The position numbers and the translations under genes were made by a program. A DNA stretch of 64,000 nucleotides from Tubiluchus corallicola (lineage: Eukaryota > Animalia > Priapulida): assembly GCA_030141605.1 (NCBI GenBank), contig JAQGDQ010000456.1, positions 120,919-184,918 of the forward strand, written 5' to 3'. Positions 1-14,200 of this stretch are shown one piece after another; position 1 is the first letter of the stretch, and every line of letters starts with the position of its first letter. Under the pieces are notes generated by a model. That model did no database searches. It saw nothing but the letters and a program-made list of their open reading frames with translations, and was not told the DNA's origin.

Positions 1-159
1 TGAATGGACGACGATTTTTAAACCCTTCAAGAGTTTTTTGAACTTTGGGAAACTATACAATTCTGTGAGGTAATTAAGCAGCAACAGCAGCAGCGACAGC
101 AGCAACAGTGCAGGAGCTTCCATATGATTACTAGAAGCAATGAAACACCACCAATAACA

Positions 160-524
160 AAACAACAACAGCCAGAGAAACAGCAGCAACAACAACGACA
201 ACGCTCCTTGCAACCAGTACCACCCATCGCTGCTGCTGCTGCTTGTAGTATTAACAGTGGTACGGGTAGCGTGCCATCGCAGCCGCAGTCATTGACAACA
301 ACAACAACAACAACAACAGCATCATCTGTAACAACAATAACATCAACATCAACAGCAACAAAAACAACACATCAACATGTGTGACACAAAACAACAATAA
401 CAGCAACAAGAATAACTGCTGCTGCCGCCACCACCGCGACGATGACAGCCACAGCGATGACGACAACAGCAACAACAACGACAACAAGAACAAGAAGAAC
501 TACCACTATCACTACCACTACCAA

Positions 525-564
<40 letters not shown>

Positions 565-758
565 GCTACTACTACTACTACTGCTACTACTACTACTACC
601 ACTACTACTACTACCACTACTACCACTACTACCACTACTACCACCACTACTACTACTACTACTACCACTACTACTACTACCACTACTACCACTACTACCA
701 CTACTACCACCACTACTACTACTACTACTACCACTATCACTACCACTACCAATACTAG

Positions 759-798
<40 letters not shown>

Positions 799-879
799 GC
801 TACTACTACTACTACTACTACCACTAGCACTACCACTACCACTACCACTACTACCACTACCACTACCACTACCACCACT

Positions 880-932
<53 letters not shown>

Positions 933-998
933 ACAACTGCTGCAGCAGCAGCAACAACAGCCGTAGCAACAGCAACAAAAACAACAACAACAGCAACA
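160..998. repeat. compound (CAA)n/(CAG)n/(ACT,ACC)n microsatellite
   Basis: Visible trinucleotide runs; they explain the poly-T, -V, -S and -Y ORFs. Confidence 0.95.
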
Positions 999-1242
999 CC
1001 TAGAAAACTATTTTTAACCTCACAGGCCAGTCATTGCTGAACTATGTACTACTAGATGCGACGTGCAAGAATGCTGGACTCGAAGTCGATTACACCAGGA
1101 AAAAAGGAAGCCTCTGATTCGGCGTCCATGAATCGGAAATGCTTATCTTCACGGCTTACTATTGCAAACAGATGCGATGAATTACCGAGGCAAAAATCTC
1201 AAACCACCAAAATAGAACCGACATACTATATCCGTACCAACC

Positions 1243-1520
1243 TGCTGTGAAGAACCTCAACACGCGTCATAGATAAGAAAATTGACTCGAAACAAGAAAT
1301 GCTGTGAAGAACCTCAACACGCGTCATAGATACGAAAACTGACTCGAAACAAGAAATGCTGTGAAGAACCCCAACACGCGTCATAGATAAGAAAACAGAC
1401 TCGAAACAAGAAATGCTGTGAACAACCTCAACAGGCGTCATAGATAAGAAAACTGACGGGAAACAAGAAATGCTGTGAACAACCTCAAAACGCATCATAG
1501 ATAAGAAAACTGCCTTGTGA
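1243..1520. repeat. 57-bp minisatellite, ~5 copies
   Basis: Unit tgctgtgaagaacctcaacacgcgtcatagataagaaaa(c/t)tgactcgaaacaagaaa. Confidence 0.9.
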
Positions 1521-1693
1521 AGCAGCAATGAATCACTAGAAGATTTCCCAGCTAATTAATTAAGTAAAATAGTGATTAGGTGAGTGTGAATGAAGTACAA
1601 ATTATCCATCATTCCAGATATGAAATTCATGTTTTCTGATAAGAACAGAACGGTTCAGCTACACACTATATTTTAAATCATATGTCGTCAGGC

Positions 1694-1813
1694 AACTACG
1701 ACCATATCACGTTGAAAACACCGGTTCTCGTCTGATCACCGAAGTTAAGCAACGTAGAGCCTGGTTAGTACTTGGATGGGTAACTGTCTCGGAATACCAG
1801 GTGCTGTAGGCTT
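1694..1813 (+). pseudogene. 5S rRNA-derived sequence (pseudogene or 5S head of a SINE3-type element)
   Basis: 120 nt matching animal 5S rRNA: ctacgaccatatcacgttgaaaacaccggttctcgtctgatcaccgaagttaagcaacg...tagtacttggatggg...ggaataccaggtgctgtaggctt. The 5' end (aactacg) breaks helix I pairing, there are substitutions just after box C, no oligo-T terminator follows, and it is a single copy. Confidence 0.9.
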
Positions 1814-2245
1814 GAGGGATGCCCACACTATATCTCGACACTAGGCGGAGGAGCTGCACAAGCAGCCAACCGCTAGAGGGCGGAGGAGGTCAAGTGACCC
1901 AACGGCCATGTGTAGAGGAGTAAACCTTCCAAATCAGGAGTGGAGCCCCGAAGGTGGACCAGTGCAGCATGCTCACTGACTCCGGCAGCTCCTGCAGCCA
2001 ACCTGGTGCCAAACGTATCGCTCCGCTTTCCTTTGGACTACACCAGAGAGGAAGAGAGGGGGTTCCTGTTGTCTGGGCAACTCAGGATCTCCATACACCT
2101 TGCCCAGGCGTGCGCCCTGGAGACGTTCAAGGATCGGACTGCTCAGCCACAGTCAACAAATCAGACAATCCTTGTCAGCCATGCTGCCCTGCCACCTGCG
2201 CCATGCTGCCACAAGCAAATTCCCACTTTAGTTACCCTTTATCAT

Positions 2246-2475
2246 CAGTGTGTTGCTTGTCTGTTGTCAGGTGTTCCGTTCCATCTGTGTGTTGCTTGTC
2301 TGTTGTCAGGTGTTCCGTTCCATCTGTGTGTTGCTTGTCTGTTGTCAGGTGTTCCGTTCCAACACTATTTTTACTCAGCACATACGTTTCCATAACGTTA
2401 TGTTACTGCACACATCCGTTCCAACACTACTTTTCCATACACACATGTTTCCATAACATTACGTTACTACGCACA
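2246..2475. repeat. 39-bp minisatellite (~3 copies) followed by a ~57-bp two-copy repeat
   Basis: Unit tgtgttgcttgtctgttgtcaggtgttccgttccatctg, then ccgttccaacacta...tttccataac twice. Confidence 0.85.
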
Positions 2476-3763
2476 CATAATAAACGTCATCGCAAACTCG
2501 ACACCTACACATCTAAATTTATAACGGATCTGATACGATTCTAGTCATAAATTTGTGTGCAATTTGAGAATACAACTATAACTGCTTTTTAGCTGACTCA
2601 TTTAGAGTTTGATCCTAAAAACACACCACCATTTTAGCGTCCGCCTGCGAAATTCACTTACGGAAGTGACGTGGTGCACCGGAAAAGATGCCACAAAAAT
2701 CGAATTCTTCAACTTAACTGTAAAACTTTCTGCCCCTCGGGCAAGACTGTACAGGAAGAGCCAAGGTCAACTATACTGGGTGATTTTAATGTTACATTTC
2801 TTCACAAAATATAATAAAATGAAACAAGTATAGTAGCTATCTCTACATCTGTTTGGACAACAATGAAAAGCGTTCGAAGCGACACCACTGTATTGCGGTC
2901 TAGCAATGTAACAATCAGTACAGCACTGCGTTCAATGTAGTAACCTCGTTAACTGCTTACAAAATCAAGTTCGTATTACAAGCCTGACACGCCTTCTTAC
3001 CTGTGCAGATCCTGTCTAGGTACCTGAGTTATCTACCTGTTCATAAATATCAATTTTTATTGCTCAACATTTAGGTACGGTAAATTCCGAGGTGTTGGTG
3101 ATATGTAAAACGTCACAAATTGATTTATGGTAAGAACGAATGTAATACGGACAGAGTAATAAACACTTACATAATAACAGCTAAAGGTGCTTTAGCTTAA
3201 AGGAAGACAGGATTATTTTTCACATATAACCCCAGTTTCAAGTGTACATTTTAACACGATTAATATTGTAAAGGCGTTTCTGATAATTAAATAATAGATT
3301 AAAAATTTAATTAACGGTTGCCGAGCCCAACTATTGATAACATCACAAACTAACATAATTTTTAACAGCAAAAATGTTCCATGAGCGTGTTGCATGTGTT
3401 TGCGAAAGCGAAAGTTGAAGTACAGTGCTACTGTTAGAGATTCAATGTGTTGTACTAAAACTAGGTAAGTTTTAAGAAAAAAATTCAAATTTAAAATTTA
3501 CCGCTGTGCTCGCGCATGAGCTGTCGAACATGTGTAGTTCGTCAGAAACTAACACAGCTGAACTGAGAAGTACAGTATCTATTTTTGTGTAATGTGCTTC
3601 TGAAATGCAGGCGCTAGTGCCCGTCTAAATGCGAATGGCGAAATGTATTAACAGCGAAGAACTAGTGGCGCGAACGCGAAATTGTGTTTGTGTGGTGATA
3701 ATTCCTTTACGTAAGTCATTTTGGAAAAAATAGTGTGTTTCCTTTCAATATTTTAAAAAGTAG

Positions 3764-4303
3764 ATGGCACGGCAATTCATTGCAAATGTTGGTCCAAGGC
3801 TTTGGAATGACATAAATGATGAATTAAAAACTGTTCAGCCAATTCAAAAATTTAAAAAGAGATACAGAGCAATGATTCTCAACAAGTACAACACTTCCTA
3901 ATTTCCCACACCTACTGCAGCAGTCATACCATAATACTGGTACAGATTATGCAAAACAAGGCATCATTGATAAATCTTTAGAGCTGATGTCAACATAGCG
4001 CAATCTATTATCTTTCTTCCTACCATTTCCACTAACACATCCTTCTACCCTTCCTGTGTGATCTAACCTTTCTCCCAGTTCTTTTTTTTTGTTCACTCAT
4101 TTGTTTTTATCGGGTTCACATGACAGTGGGCTTATACAAGCCTTTGCTTCTCTAGCCCACTGCAGTACAATTATTCTTTTATGATAACGATAGTGTATGA
4201 AACATAATAATTTAATACAGTATGACGTAATAATTTTGATGTCACTGTGTGCTTAATGTCATTATATTGTACTGAATGTGAAAATAATAATAAATAAAAA
4301 AAA
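3764..4303 (+). mobile_element. 5'-truncated CR1/L2-group LINE 3' end
   Basis: 3764-3901 translates to ...NVGPRLWNDINDELKTVQPIQKFKKRYRAMILNKY..., the typical GPxLWN..FKK C-terminus of CR1/L2-type ORF2. A 3' UTR stem (cagtgggct...agcccactg) and an A-rich (aata)n tail follow. Confidence 0.7.
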
Positions 4304-6392
4304 TTGTTTTGACCTACAGTTTAAGATTGGGTCCGGTTTTGTTTTAAACGATACTCTTAACAAGTACTGTACTCATTTAAAAATTTAATAGATATAATAT
4401 TCTTAAGGATCACGACAAACAGAACCCAAATTTGCGCAATGTGATTACACAAATGTTCAAAAGCTAAAATAAGAAAACTACTGGTCAACCATGAAGGCCA
4501 CTAGTATCACCGAGTAGGAAATGAAATGGTAATTTACCCTGGAAACCATGGAAACTAACACCGTAAACAAACAAGTTAATAAGATGCGCGCTATTAACTA
4601 TCATTATGAGAGATATTGCTAAGAGGTGTGTAAACAAATTTTGTATACAATCAGTTGGAACTTACCGAAAAATCGAAAATTTTCCATGTATACAGAGAGT
4701 AAGAAGGCAACTAGAAACGTGACTACTGTCAATGTACAACGCAGAGAGCTCTGTCAAACTTTGCAGTCTTTCAAAACGTGATATTCTTTGTTCTTCCAGA
4801 ACACAACTGATTTAAGAAAGTGCTAGAAAATACTCACTATATTCTCAACGTGAAAGCAGCGCCACCACAAATGCACGTAGAAAAGTTAAGCACAAAACAA
4901 GCGAAAAAAAACCACCTAGTGACAACTAGTAATCTCTCACACCGGCACATTAACCTTCGTGCAGTTCATGAGCGCATCACGAGAGCAGCAAGGAAACTGG
5001 CACACCTGTGTGTTTCTACCTGTATGTACCTGAGAAGTGAGAAGTTGACAAACAGAGAACTAAGAATCGATCCCGGGGTGTGGGTATACTGCGAGGCGGA
5101 TGACCAACTAGCAAACTCGAACTTACTACATAATGAATCGCACAAAAATATCAAAATATACAAAATAGTGACTTCCACGTATCCATAACGAGCTCATTAA
5201 TCTTTAAAACGTGCACTAGGTGGCGACAGCGCCATTCTCACCCCGCGGCGTAGATTTCTTGCGTTTTCCACGGGGGCAAAGTCGCGCTACTCAGCCGTAC
5301 ACCTACGAGTCCAGCAAAAATGCACCTTGTGTGAAGAAAGGAATGCAAGGAATGCAGAAAATGTAATTCCCGTAGTAGTAACTGTATTTGTACAGCAATT
5401 TCACTCCTTTATATGCTAAATTTTAAACTATAAAACCGTGAAAGACTGACGTCACAACAAGTAATAGCCATTTTTTTCAATTATACGTTAAAGTTGTTAA
5501 TTGAATTCCTCAAATGTTAAACAACTTGTGGGAACCGAACTAGATGGATCGTTGTAAGTAACAGCGCATGCGTTAAGATTATTTCTGTGCTGTATGAACT
5601 ACTTGCGAAAAGCAAACTGTTGTTGATAGTATGTTTAAAAGACTATTAAAAAAAACTAATTATTAAATAAGCTTGAGATGGATATAACACACTATCCCCT
5701 CATTTAGTTCATTTTACCAAAACATTAAGTTGTATTGACTAATGTTGTACGTTATGCTGCTGCTGCTATGACTACTGCTACCACAGTTACTGTGCTACCA
5801 CTGCTACTACTAAACTTGTACTACTGTAACTACTTCCACTACCACTCTTACCACCACCACCACCACTACCACTACAATTGTACCTGTTCTACCAAATTTG
5901 TCATGAAAGTGGAATGGATAATACGGTGCTCCAGCGAAGATTGAAAGCAGGACTAGCAATAAAGCAAGTATGTCGCTATTCATATATCCAAAATATAGCA
6001 TTGTTCATAACAATCTTCAAAAAGCAATTCCACTACTTACTAGTCTAACCACAAACTTGATACGAATGAAATGCAAAAAGTAACATTACGCGCGTTGACT
6101 TTGCATTTGCTTGTTTCACCCCTTAACCGAAGCTAAAATGGAAAACAAACATTAATAGCCTAAAGGCAATGGGATGGAATGCTGGGGTGACGTCACTGAC
6201 CACATACGACAGCGTCACAGCTTTGCTGTTTCAAAAATGTTTAGCCGAAAACCACCCCGACAAAGATGGCTCCAAATGGTCAAAGAACTAAAAACTAATA
6301 AGTTTATATACTTGTTTTGTCAATATTTGTTTGTTGTATGCTTCGTAAAAGAAAATGTATGCACTAATAAATAAATAGTACATAAAGTAGTT

Positions 6393-6695
6393 CAATTCCG
6401 TTAGCTTTGTTTTCAAACACTTAGATTCCGTTAGTTTTATATTCAAACACTTGGCTATCTGTTAATGCATTTACACTTCAATTCCGTTAGTTTTATTTTC
6501 AAACACTTGGCTATCTGTTAATGCATTTACACTTTAATTCCGTTAGTTTTATATTCAAACACTTGGCTATCTGTTAATGCATTTACACTTTAATTCCGTT
6601 AATTTTATTTTCAAACACTTGGCTATCTGTTAATGCATTTACAATTCAATTCCGTTAGTTTTATTTTCAAACACTTGGCTATCTGTTAATGTATT
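6393..6695. repeat. 56-bp minisatellite, ~5 copies
   Basis: Unit attccgttagttttat(a/t)ttcaaacacttggctatctgttaatgcatttacactt(c/t)a. Confidence 0.9.
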
Positions 6696-6912
6696 TATTT
6701 CTTTTCTACAGGTTTGTTTATTCTATTTGGTTTCTTTGCATGTTTATTGCATAATTTTCTATACTGCAGGCTCTGCCTATTTAAACTAGTTTGTCGTTTA
6801 CATAGTGCAGAACTAACGATTACAGTTGATTGCTGTTGAAACGTTTGGACATGTTTTTTAACAGTTGTAAACGGAAGTTTTTAATAAAAGTTGTTCGAGT
6901 TGTTTAAATAAC

Positions 6913-7143
6913 AAATAAATATGTATAAATAGTATATGTATATGTATATATATATATATATAGTATAGAAACGAAAAAGCTGTGCATGTAATAAGAAATA
7001 AATATGTATAAATTTAAAAATATATATATATATAGTATAGAAACGAAAAAGCTGTGCATGTAATAAGAAATAAATATGTATAAATTTAAAAATATATATA
7101 TAGTATAGAAACGAAAAAGCTGTGTATGTAATAAGAAATAAAT
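6913..7143. repeat. ~70-bp repeat x3 with (TA)n spacers
   Basis: tagtatagaaacgaaaaagctgtg(c/t)atgtaataagaaataaat occurs three times. Confidence 0.85.
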
Positions 7144-7475
7144 GTGATGGAAGACAGGCAGTGATCTGTTTGAGGATTTAGTTCCTTCCTGTCATCCATG
7201 GCACCATGTCGTAGGCACAACCTTCATATTGATTACGGCTATAAAATTTTACTGTTTACTTTCACTCATGTATTTATTTATTGTGCCTAATAAATAATAA
7301 ATAATAAAACAATAAATGGTCGAGCACTTGGCAAACTGGCATTTCGGGAACCACAACAACAGCTAGGGGCAATCTAAAATGTGAACGTGCCTTTGCCTAA
7401 ACACAACGGTGGTGGTCATTGGTGGTGGTCAAATTTTCTGAATGTCAAAAATATGCTCAATCTCGTAGAAAAGTT

Positions 7476-8012
7476 GACAGTGTGATGCAAGACTCAGACC
7501 ATGACAACGTGATGTAGGACTCACAGATCCTGACAATGTGATGTGGGAGTCACAGAAGCTGACAATGTGATACAAGACTCACAGACCCTGACAATGTGAT
7601 GCAAGACTCACAGACCATGACAACGTGATGTAGGACTCACAGATCCTGACAATGTGATGTGGGAGTCACAGAAGCTGACAATGTGATGCAAGACTCACAG
7701 ATCCTGACAATGTGATGTGGGAGTCACAGAAGCTGACAATGTGATACAAGACTCACAGACCCTGACAATGTGATACAAGACTCACAGACCCTGACAATGT
7801 GATACAAGACTCACAGACCCTGACAATGTGATACAAGACTCACAGACCCTGACAATGTGATACAAGACTCACAGACCCTGACAATGTGATACAAGACTCA
7901 CAGACCCTGACAATGTGATACAAGACTCACAGACCCTGACAATGTGATACAAGACTCAAAGACCCTGACAATGTGATGTAGGACTCACAGACCCTGACAA
8001 TGTGCTACAGGA
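7476..8012. repeat. 29-bp minisatellite, ~18 copies
   Basis: Unit gacaatgtgatacaagactcacagaccct. Confidence 0.95.
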
Positions 8013-8680
8013 CTGTAATTTTGTCAGACAGTTCAACAGCAGGTATAACACATCAACTGTAATTTTGTCAGACAGTTCAACAGCAGGTATAACATATCAA
8101 CTGTAATTTTGTCAGACAGTTCAACAGCAGGTATAACATATCAACTGTAATTTTGTCACTCAGTTCAACAGCAGGTATAACATATCAACTGTAATTTTGT
8201 CAGATAGGTCAACAGCAGGTATAACATATCAGCTGTAATTTTGTCAGACAGTTCAACAGCAGGTATAACATATCAACTGTAATTTTGTCAGACAGTTCAA
8301 CAGCAGGTATAACATATCAACTGTAATTTTGTCAGATAGGTCAACAGCAGGTATAACATATCAACTGTAATTTTGTCAGACAGTTCAACAGCAGGTATAA
8401 CATATCAACTGTAATTTTGTCAGACAGTTCAACAGCTGGTATAACATATCAACTGTAATTTTGTCAGATAGTTCAACAGCTGGTATAACATATCAACTGT
8501 AATTTTGTCAGACAGTTCAACAGCAGGTACAACATATCAACTGTAATTTTGTCAGACAGTTCAACAGCAGGTATTACATATCAACTGTAATTTTGTGAGA
8601 CAGTTCAACAGCAGGTATAACATATCAACTGTAATTTTGTCAGACAGTTCAACAGCTGGTATAACATATCAACTGTAATT
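8013..8680. repeat. 44-bp minisatellite, ~15 copies
   Basis: Unit ctgtaattttgtcagacagttcaacagcaggtataacatatcaa; it directly abuts the 29-bp array. Confidence 0.95.
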
Positions 8681-10274
8681 ACAGCAAAAGTATAAATCTT
8701 ACTGAGCACACGCACAGTTTTCAGTCGGCACTTTTCAAAGAAATGAATCGAAATTGATTTCCGGCGTCCGTTGCCATGACAACAAGCATTAAAGTGAGAC
8801 AAAATTCAGGCCTAAAAGTTCGAGAATCGTGTGAAATTCTAAATCGGTAACTCCCATTTGGAGACGTGCCAAGCAAAACAACAAGCTCGCGGTCTGTTAG
8901 TATAAGAGATTTAGAACCTGTTTGAACAATTGCTGTAATTAGTGCAAACTTTGTACAGTGCGACTGTTCTCCATATGAATGAAAACAAGTAAAAAGTGAC
9001 AGACAAGAAAAAAGAACAAATTACACGAATACAGTAGTAAGAAGACAAACATTGTAAAATGCATTAAAATATACTAATTTTCTAAATTCAAACGATTACA
9101 GCTGCTTTGTGCTTATTGGTAACTAATAATCTTGCTTAGCAATCAGGTCATCTGAAAGACTCGAGTTCAATTCCCGAGATAAACCGTCTCTATCTTTTAG
9201 CCTAGGGGTTATACTAATTCTTTCAGTAATAGGAAGTGATCTTGAAATGCACTTAAATTTGGTTAAATCATAATTTGAGAAATGCTAAAGCCAACTAAAT
9301 TTACAAAGAAACCTTAGGTTTATCTCAGGTTATATTTCTCATTTGAAATTAGGCAACACTGCGCCTGTTTAGCACCTGAATTGCGAACCGAAACTGTATG
9401 TAGTTTCGTGAAGCACACGCATACATGCCAGGTAGCTTGTACGCGGCGAACACTGTATAGATGTAATCTATGGATTCATATGCCGTGTTTTTCCGCTCTT
9501 TCAGCAATCTAATTTAACGTTAGTTTAGCAAACTGCCGCCAAACGCAGTCTTGTCTTGATGTGAATTTTAGGATCTAATTGGTTCAATATTTGATAAAGC
9601 AAAATTTTAATACAAAAAATGAGCCTTATGAACAAGTAAAATTGTGGACAAACGGAGCAATACTAACACATTCATTCATAATCTGCTGTGTACAGTAGTA
9701 CAGCACTTTCGGGCCACCCTTTACGCTAAACAAACAATGACTCTTGTTTTGCCAGCATCTGATTCTCTATGAAGCCAAACATAACTTAACACTTGACTGA
9801 ACATCGAAGCCCCACTTAAGCTGGCAAGCAAGTGTTACTAACTAACGCGGAAGTATTCGCGGAATGTTTTCAAGCAGTGCGTGAAGAGGCTCAATTACTG
9901 AGGGGAAAAAGTTGAAAAACAACATGTAAAGAGATCATAATGATGTTATCAGCACTAAGATGAAACGTCAAAGTTGACAAGCTTGCCAGATTACTGCTCC
10001 AAACATCCTAATGACATTAAAAGGTGGAAGACCGAAATACACTGTGGAAGAAGCTTTACTAAAACTCAAATTTTTGCAACATAGGCCAAAAGCTGTAACA
10101 GAATGTAGAATATAAAATATTATTTTGCTAATGTTAGCTAGTAATTGCCTTTTATGCAAATTTCCCACGCATGCGCAGAAAGAGTTTGCTATATCGAAGA
10201 ATCCTTCAGAAGTGTGTAGTTGAGGGAAGCTTTCGTCATACAATCGAATGCAGTTTTTCTATTGCCGAATTTGG

Positions 10275-11020
10275 TGCTCATTGTCAAACAACAGGCCACA
10301 TAATTTGTATTAGAACATGGCGCCCATTGTTTGCCAAACAGTAGGCCACAGAGTTTGTATTAGAACATGGCACTCATTGTTTGCTAAACAACAGGCCACA
10401 GAATTCCCATTGTTTGCCAAACAATAGGCCACAGAGTTTGTATTAGAACATGGCGCTCATTGTTTGCTAAACAATAGGCCACATAATTTGTATTAGAACA
10501 TAGTGCCCATTGTCTGCCAAACAATAGGCCACAGAGTTTGTATTAGAACATGGCACTCATTGTTTGCTAAACAACAGGCCACAGAATTTGTATTAGAACA
10601 TAGTGCCCATTGTTTGCCAAACAATAGGCCACAGAGTTTGTATTAGAACATGGCACTCATTGTTTGCTAAACAATACGCCACATAATTTGTATTAGAACA
10701 TAGTGCTCATTGTTTGGCTAGCAACAGGCCACAGAATTTGTATTAGAACATGGCGCCCATTGTTTGCCAAACAATAGGCCACAGAATTTGTATTAGAACA
10801 TGGTGCTCATTGTTTGCTAAACAATAGACCACAGAATGTATATTAGAACATGGCGCTCATTGTTTGCTAAACAATAGGCCACCGAGTTTGTATTAGAACA
10901 TGGCACTCATTGTTTGCTAAACAATAGACCACAGAATGTGTATTAGAGCATGACGCCCATTGTTTGCCAAACAACAGGTTACAGAAATTGTATTAGAACA
11001 TGGCGCCCATTGTTTGCCAC
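10275..11020. repeat. 50-bp minisatellite, ~15 copies
   Basis: Unit cattgtttgc(t/c)aaacaataggccacagagtttgtattagaacatggc(a/g)ct. Confidence 0.95.
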
Positions 11021-11066
11021 ACTTTGCGAGAGGTTAGCAGGTAGCAATCTCTCTCTCTCTATGAAT

Positions 11067-11272
11067 CCAGGTAATAAAGTCACATGAAAAAATCACAGGT
11101 AAAAAGTCAGAAGAAAAAAGGCACAGGAAAAAGAAACCACCCTAACCCTGACCCTAACCCTAACTCTAACCCTGACCCTAACTCTAACCATGACCCTAAC
11201 ACTAACTCTAACGCTAACCCTCTCCCTAGCCAAAATAAATTGAGATTTTTTTCCTATGACTTTTTTCCGTAT
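11067..11272. mobile_element. short non-autonomous element with an internal degenerate (CCCTAA)n tract
   Basis: cctaaccct variants at 11140-11228 are bracketed by imperfect inverted repeats (gtcacatgaaaaaa / ttttttcctatgac). A Helitron/MITE-type assignment is inference. Confidence 0.45.
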
Positions 11273-12245
11273 TAGTATCACCGGTCACTCACTCACCGGT
11301 CAATCTATATGGTGTCTAATGACCACAATGATGCAATGAAGAGGACATGCATAAGGAAAATGCACACGATGACCTTTTGTCTAATGACAGGATTAGACCA
11401 GCATGGAATCCCAAACGCCTCTCAAGTGCACATGAATTCCTTCTCTTCCACAACCACTTCTAGAGCACTTTACATATTACACGCGAGTAGGGCTACTCCA
11501 CATACCTTCCCTTTTTCTCTCCTCCACAAATAGATTACTAAATGGGTTTGCTGTTGCAAAGAAAACAGCACAAAAGTTAAAATAAGTACAGAGAACAGAA
11601 TCTTCTGAAAAACTGCCAATGCAGAACTACTAGAATTGTTTGTGACTGATAAGTTACATGCTTTCATGGCCCCTAACAAGCCGTCAGGCATGCGAGTGAT
11701 CAGCTAACGTCACCTGATTAGTTTTCAACACACCAAGACGACAGAAACAGAAGTATGTGTTTCTCTATCAGCAAAAAAGCCCTTCCCCTTGATGGAGCAT
11801 GTTTTCTATAATCCTACAATGACGTGGCATCAAATGTGACTACATAAGCACTCGCTGAAATCACTCATGGATACTCCACACCCACGACCCACAAAATGGC
11901 CCACGCTCTAACGGAGCTGATCCACCCCATATCTCAATATTCATTCGGTCTTAACTCTATTCTGCAGAAGACTTCTTCAGTAGCAGGTGAAAATAATCAA
12001 GATTGGTCAAATTTCCAAACAATGGACACCTGTATTACTTGAACGTCACAAATTTCCTACAGCAGAAGTAGACAACATCATTGCACAAGCATTGTTGTGT
12101 TAAAATTAAAGCTGCATTCTATAGACCATGTTATTTTTATTCTAGCTAAAAAATCCAGACATTTTTTGGCAAATATTTCTACCAGGGTCACGTGGGTGAA
12201 GCTTCAGAAAAAGATGACCCAAGTCGCTCATGACCTCATGTGTGT

Positions 12246-12426
12246 GGGGTGGTGGTGGTGGTGGTGGTAGTGGTACTGGTAGTAGTCATAGTAGTGGTAG
12301 TAGTAGAGGTAGTACTAGTGGTGGTGGTGGTGGTGGTGGTGGTGGTGGTGGTGGTGGTGGTGGTGGTGGTGGTGGTGGTGGTGGTGGTGGTGGTGGGGAT
12401 GGTGGTAGTAGTAGTAGTAGTAGTAG

Positions 12427-12468
<42 letters not shown>

Positions 12469-12493
12469 TAATAATAATAATAATAAATAATAA
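12246..12493. repeat. (GGT)n/(TAG)n/(AAT)n microsatellite
   Basis: Visible runs; the (AAT)n part may be the tail of the adjacent LINE fragment. Confidence 0.95.
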
Positions 12494-12950
12494 TGTATTT
12501 ATTTATAAACCGCCCTTTCAATAAAATTTTTTTTAATAAAGCACGTAGACAAAATACTGAAAAATATCATGCAATTAGACCTATCTATAGAACAAAAAAA
12601 TCTGCAACACACTTACCACTTATACATTAAAATACTACTAACAAAAGATGAATTTTCAGTTTCGTTTTAAAAGAATTTAAATTTAAGCATCCTCTAATGT
12701 TTGAAAATCCTAAATCAGCAAAGATTTTCTTTCATTATTTAAATAATTAATTAAAGACACTTGCTTTTTATTAAAAGGTACAACAAATTCTAATTCATTA
12801 GCTCGCCTACTCCTGTTATAAACACGGATATTGTAAGCCAAGTAAGCTGTAGCCAGTCCATGTAACGGTTTGTAGGATAAAACTAATATTTTAAAAGTAA
12901 ACCAGCATCTGACTAATAGCCAATGAAGTCTAAACAAAAAGTGTGCGTTT
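12494..12950 (-). mobile_element. degenerate L2/CR1-type LINE 3' fragment
   Basis: The minus ORF contains LFRLHWLLVRCWFTFKILVLSYKPLHGLATAYL, matching the L2/CR1 ORF2 C-terminal motif LHWLPV..RI.FKIL.L.YK.LHG.AP.YL. It runs into a simple-repeat tail. Confidence 0.75.
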
Positions 12951-13619
12951 AAATCCACTTCATTCATCGAAATCAATGTACATTGTAGGATTTAATCGAC
13001 CTGTTGTACAGTACATTCCAGTCACCACATGGTACCTTCTTTTGACTTAGCGCCACGTGTTACGCATGCGCAGAAACGGGATGGTGCAATAACCACAGCA
13101 AAACTGCGCTACGAACGTACACATTCCAAGCTGGCAGAAAGAAAACAATCTCAGTTCAATCCAACTTTAGATTCGTTTGTGAGAGAAAATTTACACCTTC
13201 GTTCAGAGTTGAACTCGATACTTCTGAGTGAGATAAACACAGTGAATTATAACATAGGGGGATTATTCAACATCTCTGAGCTTCGTTCGAAACGGAAGTT
13301 CAAGTTGGTCTTAAATAAGTTTTTATTATAATAACATTTTACACATATTACAGTCCATGAAAAAGCTGTAAAGACTGTTTAAAGTTGTCTGGACTGTTAA
13401 TGAAGTATCAAAAAATATATAATACTGAAACTAGTTGATGTTTCTGACGTGATGAGGAACTGATGATTCTGCAAACAATAGTTATAAACAATAGTTATAA
13501 AATTGACTTATAAAAATGAAGAGGTAACAGCCTTTGTTTGAAAGTTATTATTTTCACCTTGCTTGAAGACATATGGGAAGTACATTTCTCAATGAAAGCT
13601 CAGCAATTAACTGTTCAGC

Positions 13620-14200
13620 CTGTCACCTATGGGTCAAAGGTCAACCAATCTCGGCATGAACTCATATCATTTAGTTTTTGACACTGAGACCTTTCATTGA
13701 TATACTACAAGCTAATTTCGGTTAACACCTAAAGACTCTCTGCCCTTATTTTGCCTCTGCTTGGGTCAGCGGTCAACCAAGCTAGGCACAACTTATACCA
13801 TTAAATTCCGCTCACTGAGACCTTTCATTTGATGTGCTACAAGGTAGTTTTGTTCGACAATGAAAAGCCCTTGTCTCCTCGACCACTATATTGCCACTAA
13901 CTGGGTCACAGGTTAACGATTCACACTGTAACCTATGCCATTCGATTCGCCTCATCAAAACCTTTCATTTGATATGCTGTATGATACTATTTGTAGACAC
14001 TCGATGCACTTCTGTTGCCGACCCCCATTTTTCGGTTTTGCCCCCTAGCGGGATCGCAGGATAACTACTCTCATTTTAACCTATGCCGTTCAATCTGCCT
14101 CATCGAGACCTTTTATTTGATGTGCTACAAGATACCATTGCTCAACACTTGGTGCACTTCTGTTCCTGACCCTCATTTTTCGGTTTTTGCCCCCTAGCGG

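Noticed and set aside
1694-1813. Functional 5S rRNA gene
   Set aside because: Single copy, helix I mismatches, substitutions around box C, and no oligo-T terminator.
11987-12103. Peptide VKIIKIGQISKQWTPV... resembling the scramblase motif VGKISKQWSG
   Set aside because: The match is short, the downstream DADNF motif is absent, and no supporting exons were found.
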